From Bigelowiella natans CCMP2755 (lineage: Eukaryota > Protista > Cercozoa): 64,000 nucleotides of DNA. Shown here one piece after another: positions 53,649-64,000 of the stretch. The first letter of the stretch is position 1. Every line of letters begins with the position of its first letter. Location of the stretch: assembly GCA_000320545.1 (NCBI GenBank), contig ADNK01001956.1:1-64000 (forward strand). Direction: 5' to 3'. The position numbers and the translations under genes were made by a program. The notes under the pieces were generated by a model. That model had not been told where the DNA came from. It did no database searches and worked only from the letters and a program-made list of their open reading frames with translations.

Positions 53649-54768
53649 TTCTCCGTCGCTGACGTAGCACAGAAGAAATCATTTACATTAAACCCGCAGA
53701 CAACAGATCACACTACTTCCACTAAGCACCACCATTTCCCTGTATGTACTTCATAATCATACCTACTGGAGATCCGAAAGGTGACGGGCCACTGCTGCTC
53801 TTCGTGCTGTCTCCTTGCAGAGATAGTTCTAGAAAATGGGATCCGTGGGGGGAGAGCGTGTAACTTTGAGTTGATGTAAGTACCACACCACGCACCTTCA
53901 GCTACAACGTCTGCTAAATGTTCTTAATTAGGTAACATGATGAATGGGATTAATAATCTGCGACATTTAGAATGAGCTTGTAGTCATAAAATAGAAGGTG
54001 CATGAAAGACTGTATAAGTACACAAGAATCTGAAATGTTTTTCAAACCTATCTTCGCTAAGCTGGGGAATGTTTTTTTTAAAACCATATCCATTTACAAT
54101 CTTTTCGTACATATTACGATGTCGCACACATATTATATGTTATTTGCCAACGCAAACATGTGTTTGCATTTGTTGAAATATTGATTGAAGATCAAGCAAG
54201 AGAAAGAGAGTAGCAGAAGGCTGTCTTAATTGAGAGAAACAGTATCCAAACATCGGTGCGACTTCGTCCAACGTACCGATTTCGCTTCAAACAATTGAAA
54301 ATTCTCGTCTTCACTGGGAATTTTGGCCAAAAAAGTGCACAATATGAAACAAAATACATGTAAGAGTTTATATTTTTCTTTAAAACTTCCATGCGTAGTT
54401 TCTCGGGGTACCGCTACGTGTGTGCTGTGGATAAGGCCCGATTTGTAAGGAGAAGCAGTTTATCTGGGTCTTTTTAGATGTTTTCACTGGAAATTAGGAA
54501 ATGCTCGACACTTGAGATTCTCCATCGGTAATTTATTATACATGTTGTACAGCTGCAGGAATGTGTAATTTTGAAATTCATATTTCGTAAAACTGTGAAG
54601 TCGCAAGATCGAAGTGCAGCAGTTCGGTGCTCATTTGATTTTGCTGGAATTTACCAGTTGCGACATATCATAGGCCCCCAATTATCCAGTGAGACACAGG
54701 CGTTTCTTGCCTCCGAAAGTTCACGGTTTCTGTCATCTCTATCCTCATCCCTCAGGAAGGTGATGACT

Positions 54769-54817
<49 letters not shown>

Positions 54818-54866
54818 ATTTACTCTAAGCAAATAATGATATTTAGGAAAGAACACATAGCAAAAT

Positions 54867-57800
54867 ATGAGTGGAGTTGGAGATTTCAGCGTGCAAGCTT
54901 TGGTGTCAAAAAGCAGTTCAGAGGCAGAGATGAAACAGAAAATTTCCCGAGAAAAGCTTTCTGAGCTTCTTCAGCTCTGTGGGATGACTGATCCTCCACG
55001 CAAAAAACATGTTCATGACTTTTTTAGGGTGTCCAAAAATCAAACTCTAGATGAGTTCGTCAATGAATACCTGAGGTCCTGCGTTAACTTACTCGAAAGG
55101 CTTTAATTCTAATAATGTTTCATATATTTCCTGTACAACAGAATGATTAGTCTCAAATCAATACTGGCAATGCATCATGATATAAGTTCAAAGCAGAAAG
55201 TAGATCAGAAAACTGTACTTTCATACTTCACCTCAAATAGCTGCAATATCGACGCGAAATACCTCATCGACAAGCTTTATAGTTATTTGAAGAAGGTGTA
55301 AAGTAATTACTATAAAATTTCAATCTGACAAACTGGAAAACCTCCTTCTCAGATTAGTTGTTAATGTAATTCAGAAAGACACTGCCACAATAACTCTCAG
55401 CGAAACTCTCAAATGGTTGTGTGGGTTTTGACATAAAAAAATCTTTTTCGTGCAGGATTTTTTAACACCGAATTTTCGTAGGTATCAAAACCAGTTTCAT
55501 ATGATTGGAGAAAATCGAGAATCTAAGCGAGGGTCTCAAGCTGCTTCCGAAACCAAGGAGAAGAAGATCGATGAAGTTTACAATGAGAAGAAAGATGAAC
55601 TCCCGTCTATCATACGTCGAAATTCGAAGGTCCTACACATCTATATTTTATACCCCCGCCGCTATTAAGCAGAGTCCTTCTCAGATCGTGGCCACCTTGG
55701 GACCAGCCTCGAGTAGCCTAGATATGTTGCGAAAATTAGTTCGGTATGATCTTTACAGTTTGTGCGAACGTACAGAGAGTCTCATGATGATAGTTGTCTC
55801 TTAAATTAGAGTGGGAGTCAATATTTTCCGCCTGAATTTCTCGCATGCGAAACCGGATTATAGTAATATGGTACCATTGATTGAAGCACTCCAACAAATT
55901 AAGGTAGTACTCAAACAGCCAACTTTACTTCAACATTATATTTAGAGTTGAAAACTCTTCATCAGATGAGTACTAATAATCTCTTTCCTTTTAAATAATG
56001 ATGAAGCGTGAGAACGCAGGAACTCCATATGTGCCGGCTGTATTGGCAGATCTACAGGTACTTCGCAAAATCAAAAGTTTATATTTTTACAACTCTGATG
56101 GTTCCGGATCTTAGGGTCCAAAATTTCGCACTGGGGAACTAAAGGATCATAAAGAGGTCACCTTGGTTAAGGTATAATATTTCATTTTACCAAAATTAAA
56201 AATTAAGATATGATTACCCAAGTTTGAATATTCTGTATCATTATAAATTATAGGGTTCAACAATAAATCTTGTTACATCGAAAATCCAGACTGTGGGGGA
56301 TGGAAAGACAATCACAACAGGTCATATCCTAACTATTTTAGAGACCTCATATTAATAAGTACACTGTATATTTAGGAACCGCTGATGCAGATCTATGTGT
56401 ACGAAACTTGGAAGTTGGACAGAGAGTCATGATCAATGATGGGTAATTTTTAAGTGGTGTTGCCAGATTCAATGATCACAGACATGGGGCTAGATTTATG
56501 ACATTTTCACAATATAAATAGTGCCATTGTTCTCCGCGTGAAAGAACGTAAATCAAAGGAGGTAATAATTACGCAGAAAATCTAGTCGTTTTCGTGATAT
56601 GATTTCTTGTTACATATTTTTCTTGAAGGAATTGAAGTGTGAAGTGCTGATTGGAGGTGTTTTAAGTGAAAGAAAGGGGATAAACACTCCCGAACTTACT
56701 GTAATAATTTTTTTAAAACGAAAGTGTTCTTCTGATGGAGGTAGTAATATCTCTCAGGTTCCACTTCCAGCTCTAACTGCTAAGGATAAAAAAGATTGCA
56801 AATTCGTATGCGAAGGCGGCTTTGCGGTAGATATCTCGTATGATGTATCAAGTTCCGCAGGCTAAGTGTTATGTTACACGTAGGATTTTATTGCACTTAG
56901 TTTTGTGCAGAGAAAGGAAGATGTGGAAGAACTTAAGCAGCTAATTTCTATAGTACGCAATCATTCAATATTAATGTGATATTGTTCTTAATTGTAAACC
57001 ACTCAACGCCAACAGAGTCTTCCTGAGGATGCCGAACAACCCAAAATTATTTGTAAGATAGAAAAGCCACAGGTATGCTTTCGTTAATTTCATTTCTGTG
57101 AAGATGTAAACTCAAACACAACCTAGGCAATTGAATGTATCGATTCAATATTGGAAGTCACAGACGGTATCATGGTCGCGCGAGGGGACCTAGGAGTTGA
57201 ATGCAGCCTGCAAAAATTACCAGGGTTCCAACTAAAATTATATTAATTATTTGTTGAATGCAATTTGGTAAATTGTTCGATATGGCAGATATCAGAAGCT
57301 TTTAATCCATAAAGCCAACCTATCCAAGAAAATCGTTATAACTGCAACACAAGTATATCAACCATTCTGGATATTATTGTAGATAAATTACAGTTATACT
57401 TGTATTCTAGATGCTTGAATCAATGATTACCAATGCGGCTCCGACTCGAGCTGAGGTAAGTTATCGGGTCTCCTCACAGGAACCGCTAAGTTTCAATTTT
57501 CACTCAAGCTTTGAATTTAATTTGCAAATCATTTGCCATTTTCAATATGATACAAGCGTCGTGAAATACTATCTCCATCTTAGGTGTCAGATGTTGCAAA
57601 TGCGTGTTACGACGGTACGGACGCAGTAATGCTCAGGTATTCATGTATGTATGCAAAATTTGTGTGTATGTGTGTGTGTGTGCGTTGTGTTCAATGTATT
57701 CGTCGTTGCTTTGCCTTCTAATCTGATACATTTCATGCTTTAAAGTGGGGAGAGTGCGGTTGGAAATTTTCCGATTGAGGCAGTGACTATGATGAGTGAG

Positions 57801-58674
57801 ATATGTCTAGAAGCAGAGGTATTGTCTTGATTTTTTCAGTATACTTGAATATTTCTCACCCTGAAAGTTGCAGAAAACGATGAGGGAGCTCGAAAGGGAT
57901 CGCTTAGACTATGAGGTGAGAAATTGATCAAGGGTGTGGAATTATGAATATTAACCTTAAACTTATCTTATAAGGAGGAAGAGGACATTGGTGGTTTAAA
58001 GTTCCGTTATGCTGTTGCAGAGGTTCTAAAATAGGACTTAAACACATAATTCATCCAACTAAATCATTTTTTCCACCGCTAGAGCGCTTGTAGGGCTGCC
58101 GAGATTATTCAGGCAAAAGCAGTGATTTTTTTCTGCGAACAATTTGAGGTAATGGAAATTCTGAATGAGCATTGTAGGAATTAATTTTACGGGATTTTCG
58201 AAGGTTGCGATCTATCTGGCGAAATTGCGACCAAGTTGCCCAATTTTCATCGTAACCTTCACCGAAAGTATTGCATCCTGCACCCAAGGTCATAGTAGAT
58301 TAGGTTTTAACACATCAATATCTGACTAGTTTATTTGTCAGGATTATATGGATGCCATCCGATATTAATAAAAGAGGTGAGAAGTGATGATGTGAGCTTC
58401 CATGCATTTCTTTCTAATGATAATATATCATTCTAGGACATCGAAAGTTTCAAGACTACTGATGATTTTACGAGGACTATCGAACGTCACATTTTTTCTT
58501 TGACAGGGTATTGAGCACAATGAATTCGGTGTCATTGAGGTCACAACATGATTTTTCTTGCCATCCAGGACGGCCCTGGAAGAATCTGATGTGATGGTTT
58601 GTGCCCATCGTTGCCAATTCCCAAGTTTGCACAACACGGTTCGAATGGTGAAATTAGGCAAAAGTCGCGGTTGA
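54867..58674 (+). CDS. PYK: Pyruvate kinase with ~180-aa N-terminal extension; more than 20 short introns
   Basis: RRNSK/IVATLGPAS, FRLNFSH, LADLQ/GPKFRTG, KGINTP, IALSFVQ, KIEKPQ, DGIMVARGDLGVE, VITATQ/MLESMI, PTRAE/VSDVANA, DGTDAVML/SGESAVG; last exon 58569-58674 (NTVRMVKL). Confidence 0.95.
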
Positions 58675-58679
58675 TCGGG

Positions 58680-60300
58680 AAAACCTCAGGAGGACCAGTG
58701 TCTCCATTGAATGCGTTTGCCTAGTTTTGAAATGTGATCAATGACCTCGCAATTTTGCATCATGTAAGTTCTCATGCTTGCAGGACAATCCATGCGCGCG
58801 TGCAGTGTCCTCAAAGCTAGCAGACTGCGGTGGCTTGTTGTGCTGTCATTGCAGGGAACTCGCGCTCGAAGTGAGTGCACACGTGTGCGATGCTGTCGAT
58901 CAGCTGTGTGACCATCTTGTGCGACGGTGATGCACAGATGCAAGATGGATGCAATGAAGTGATGTACGAACTGTTGGCCAGTGCCAATGAGATCAGCGTG
59001 CAGATGATGACAATTTTTGGGAAAAAAACCAAAAAAGGTCAGGAATGATTGTTCCAGAAGCCACGCTGTGCATTGTGTGATTGGAGTTGTGTTTCTTGCA
59101 TGTTGGCACAATCAATGTGAACTTGTTGCATCGCAGGTCCGCAACACTCGCCACGTCATCGCGACATTGAGATGACAAACCAAAAAAGTCGAGGTGGCCG
59201 GGCTAGCCCCCTGACTCGACTTTCTGCATCAAGCTCGTGTGCACTCGTTGTTCGAACTGGCGACGTTTCGAGTGCCATTGACAGGGCTCCCTGTGCGATG
59301 CAGACTTGGACGCGTGCTTTTGCAGCCAAGCGCACGTGTGGATTAATCAACAATTCATCGCGACGACGTTCACCTCGTCTTTCACTTTTTCCAATGATGG
59401 CATTGCTGTGTCCATTGTTCCAGACCTACTGCTGTGCTTGCTGATCTTGGGAAGTGGTCTGTTGTTTTTGCTCCTTTGTTTCGCTGGCATGAAACAGAGG
59501 TCTGAGGTGGAAGGACCAAAAGGGGAACGATCAATTGGTTCATTGAAGCACAGAGAAGCATTGGGCTGAATCGTTTTCATTTTGACGATCATGTCGCATC
59601 GATCGCGCGACGCTCAGAACAATGAACAATGAACAATGAACAATGAACAACAATGATGAACCACACTTCCAAAGTGTGACAAGACATTTGCAGTGTGCGA
59701 AATGCAGTGCCTCGAACTGACTTCAGTGAGGTCCACCTAGTGAAACCAGAAGGAATCAAGAATGGCATTCTGGCCACTCCTCCGTTCCTAGTTTCATTGT
59801 CTTTGGTGCCTGACACTTGCCAACTTCAGGACCACGCACCCCTGAATCCTGCCGTGATGGTTTGCTCATGCTTGGAGATCACCAAGCAAGAACACCACAC
59901 CTGCGAACCCCAAGCGAACAATCAATCCCATGGACCACATCTTCATGGTCTGCTTCATGCCTGCCACAACATCCCCGGCTTTTGCGGAGACATTGCCCTC
60001 ACTGGAAGGCATGAAGATGGAGGAGGATGCATTCTTCGTTGCTAGTCCACTTGGACAACGAGCTTCGCAATGACCACAACATCCCCGGCTTTTGCGGAGA
60101 CAAAGCCCCCATCATTGCAATTGGAAGCACTAGCTTCACGCCAACCACAACATCCCCGGCTCAGAAAGAACAATGAACAACAATGAACAATGATGATGAA
60201 CAGAACGACAACGTTTCCGGAGTGTGAATGAGAAAAGAATGAGAAGTTGTAGCAGTGGTGTTCGAACATCGAGAATTTCTCTTCAGATGAGAGATTCCTG
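58680..60300. other. TpA-depleted island, probable degraded repeat or TE relics
   Basis: About 12 TA in 1620 bp, 7 of them CTAG; internal direct repeats and a hairpin; no recognisable protein domain. Confidence 0.8.
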
Positions 60301-61008
60301 GATTTCCGGTTTAAAAAAGAAGCAACAAAAACACATTTCATTTCTGCCATTATTAAGCAGTTTTCTTGGTATAACTGCCTTGAACGGCTTGTTTTGCCAT
60401 GCATTGATCCAACCAAAGTGAACTTCGGAAATTCTTCGTACACTACCGGATTTTATGATTCATTGAAATGAATTTATCGCTCTTATGCAAGTCGAGCGAC
60501 GTGCTCGCCCCAGGAGTTAGTTAACACAAAGAAAAAACGCAGGACATTCGTGATGAAATGTGTCTCACGTGAACACCTCTGGGAATAAACGCGGGGTATG
60601 CGGAGAAACGCTAAGTCTTAGAAAGATGCAGTATTGAAATTATGCGGCCCTATTGATACCTTGGAACTTTACAAGTTTTGCTTGTATCAGTGAAGACGTA
60701 GGCGATAAATGCCAGCATAATGTAAAAGCCGTTCGAGAGCTTTGTAACTATTAATTTATACTTTACGAGGTGTCATCGTCGCCAACCTAACCTACTCAGC
60801 CTGCGTCACCGCAAAAAGGAGGGGGACGAGAGAAAGAAACAACAGAGAGAGCGGGAAGAGTCGCAATTCAATCCACACAAACTCTTAGCTGACCTTCGAC
60901 CAACACGGGACAACCTCTCAGGTAGTTTTTGATCTATGCATCTTCTCCGCAATCTCACAATGGTACTCCGACAGATAACCCAGAAGGACCACTGTGATCA
61001 ACGAAGCT

Positions 61009-64000
61009 ATGAATCTAAAAGATATGGTCGTTATGGCCGGGATTTCCGAGGAACCCACGTTGATGAACCTCTTTCAGTTCTTGTGTGCCAATATGCTGGT
61101 TTGTGCGCTCGTCTATTTTGTTCTGAGGATGACAAAGCTCGGCGATCGAGCCTGGTGCTGCTAACACTAAAACTTGCTTTCTCGAGCGTTCTGTCATAAG
61201 AGCTCTAACGAAATCAAATTTGATGGTCTACTGTTTCCTAATTGGTGATATCATATTAATGTCGCTGAAAATTTCAGGTACCTAACTGTGTACTCAAGCG
61301 GGGTAGCGTCATCTTTTGGGATTTACTTCATCCAACAAGCTTATTTAAATGGAATCTACAATACTATGACCACTGAGACAGAGTGGTCAACATATGCTGC
61401 CATCTTCTTCCTGGCATATTGCGCTATGGATCTGGTTAGTTGATGCAGCTGGTAGGAGAGTCTCGCCTAATTATTCAAACTAATGTCAATAATTCCATTA
61501 GGTTATCGGGTCGTACGAATATGATGAAGCTATCGATTACAAAGATGGCTGGTATTAAATTTTAGTTATCGAAATTCGGAAGGGAAAGCAATATTGTTAA
61601 CTTTTCCATTTATGTTTAATTCCAACTCGAAAAGGCTGCGTATTGAATATCTGTACCAACTATCAGGGTTCATCACTTTTTCTTCATCATTCTTCTCGGG
61701 TGGCTTCTTTCTTCCGGACTCACTGGACTTTTCGCAATTGCCTTGATTGAAGAGGTTCCCACAGTCATCCTCTCTATGGCAAGGGTTTCGATGAGCGCCA
61801 GAGTGCCATTTGTAAGTCATAATCTCTCTTGCGCAACGACCTCCCTTTAAAGTGGTATTTTGTGATCATTATCATCATTTCTTAGGTGTTCGGACTGACC
61901 TTCTTCGTTCTGAGAATCAGCTACCACTGCTATTTGACTTACGCTGTTATCGAGTAAGTTTATCAACCCCTAATCTGATGAATGATCTACAATGGTATTA
62001 ATTATGTTGTTTACTATATACACCAATCATCTTCATCAGGTATTCAACTGTTGCATTTGTGATCGGGGTGATTTTGATGAGATCCCACCTAAAGTGGTTT
62101 CATCGATGGCTCTCAGGACACCTCACTAAGAAGGGACGAATGCCACTCAGCATTAAGGTATTACTGGTCATCATTTATTGTTGTCGCTGCTACTGATGGA
62201 AGAAGTAGTCTTTTGCTCCACAGTGCTCCCTCTGTTTGATTGATTATTCCCTGCTGCTGCTGCTGCTGCTGCTAACAACTGCTGTCTTCCTATCACTAAT
62301 GAAAAGGTGGCTGTATTTGCGGCTCTGATTGTGCTGCAAACAATTGGCCACGGATACGCCGTGTACCAAATGGTTATCAAGAATTATCTTGTTGCTGCTT
62401 CAGGAGCTGTCATGGTAGTAGTAGTTGTAGTAGTAAGTACGACGAATATCCTTGTTGTCATTGTTAGGAGTCATTAACAAATTTAGTTAATTTGCTGTAA
62501 TGATGCTGCTGATATCTCCGAGGGAGAGAATGTTTTTAAAGCTAGTGTTTGACGAAATGCTTTGAAGATATGTGATGAAAATGATGATGATTTGCCCTAA
62601 TTTTTGTTGGATGGCGTGCAAAGGTTCATTTGATTATCTTCCTTTACTTCTCGGCCAAGATGATTATGGTAGTAACTATAGTAGTAAGTAGTAGTAGCAG
62701 TAGTAGTATAGTAGTATAGTAGTAGCAGCAGTATCTAAGAAATCTATAATTGGGAGTAGGAAAAACAAGAGCAATTACCAAGAACAAAACATCATATTTA
62801 GTTAATAATATATATCATTTCAAGGTTATTCAAGATGTTTACACACAAAACTTCATCTTCGAAGCTATCAAGGAGAAAAAAGTAATTTATAACATTTCCT
62901 GGGAAGATCCTCGAGTGGATCATCAAGTGCTGAAAGTGACCGATAAGGACGTTGTCTTAACAATATCTTCTGCTGGATGTAACGTGCTGGATTATATGAT
63001 TGAAGGGCCAGGAGAAATGGTTGCTGTGGATTTCAATGCTGCCCAGCTTTGCGTTCTTGAGCTTAAGATATTATGTATTAAATACCTTAACTGGGAGCAA
63101 TTTTGGCAGATTTGGTCATGCAGCAACTACGAACTTTTCAAGGAAGTTTGGCCAAAATTGAGAAAATATGCTTCTGACCGATGCAAGGAATTCTGGGACG
63201 AAAACGGGGATCTGATTCGTGACAACTTCATGTTCGCAGGAACATCAGGGTTGATGGCTAAGATTCTATCATTTCCCGCTGGATTCATCGGGTTGAGCAA
63301 CTACATGCGTCAAAATACGGGGAAACCGTTCAAAGGATCGTTCGTTTTTAATATGATCGTCAAGTTCCTCTCCTCTTCTGCGTGGATTCCAGTTGGTAAA
63401 TGGCTTGCTCCTCTAGGAGGTGTACCTGAGAAACAACTCAACCTCGTCATGAAAACACCTGGAAGCTGCGCAATTTTTGCGGCTAAGATTGGAGAAATCT
63501 TTGAGAAAATCATGTGGGAAAAGGATAATTACTTCTACTACGCCTATGTAGCAGGACGATGGGACGAACACTGTTGTCCTAGATACATGATGAAGAAGCA
63601 TTTCAAGACTTTAAGAGATCGTGTTGATCGTATTACATTGTTCCACGGCTCGGTTTGTGATGCAGTCAAGGCTATGCCTCAAAAGTCAAAGAAGAAGTTC
63701 ACTGTTTACTCGTTGTTGGACTCCATGGATTGGATGCCAGAGAGTATGGTGGCAAATCAAATTGGTACAATAACTGATGAAAAGTATTTCAATCGTGAGG
63801 ATGGCCGCATTTTCTGGAGGTCATTTGCAACAGGTGACAGAGCTCATTCTCCAGTCCTGCAGCAGTTGAATCCTACAATGCTGCCTGACACTAAATATCC
63901 AGACCGAGTGGGGTGGTATCTTACCCAGCTATGGACTCCAAAGTTAGACAAAAAATTCAACAATAAGAACCTCCTAATCGAAGAGGATGCTTCAAACGTC
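61009..64000 (+). CDS. BTA1: TLC-domain + BtaA (DUF3419) fusion; betaine lipid (DGTS) synthase-like, 3' end beyond window
   Basis: Spliced N-terminal TLC-like segment (FFLAYCAMDL...GWVHH...IEEVPT...FFVLR) joins in frame to the exon starting at 62825, which has IYNISWEDPRVD, LTISSAGCNVLDY, AVDFNAAQLCVLELK, DNYFYY, LLDSMDWM, GRIFWRS and DRVGWY (BtaA motifs). Confidence 0.88.

Noticed and set aside
59964-60161. Three spaced direct repeats as a CRISPR-like array
   Set aside because: Eukaryotic context, only three copies, uneven spacing (110 and 71 bp) and no cas genes.

Overview
Eukaryotic chromosome end: a (CCCTAA)n telomere at 1-123, followed by about 11 intron-rich genes. These are a MYND-finger protein, a mitochondrial phosphate carrier, an unknown protein, an ABCG half-transporter, a second unknown protein, SHMT, a histidine acid phosphatase, a SET-domain protein, a GH81 glucanase, pyruvate kinase and a TLC-BtaA (betaine lipid synthase) fusion that runs off the window. 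Several genes have signal-plus-transit-like presequences, which suggests an alga with a complex plastid (inference; taxon not established). The main signal is a set of non-genic islands where the dinucleotide TpA has been erased by TA->TG/CA (A-to-G on either strand). By eye there is no TpA in about 4.05 kb of a retroelement cluster (33823-37875) or in about 0.88 kb of subtelomere (124-1001), and CTAG is the last context to survive at island edges. Reverting TG/CA to TA restores conserved motifs of a LINE endonuclease, CCCH fingers and a retroviral-type protease. It also reconciles a target-site duplication and a microsatellite. This looks like a repeat- or heterochromatin-targeted adenine hypermutation process, the mirror image of fungal RIP, that appears to leak into gene 3' ends. 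All counts and exon models were made by eye and need computational confirmation.
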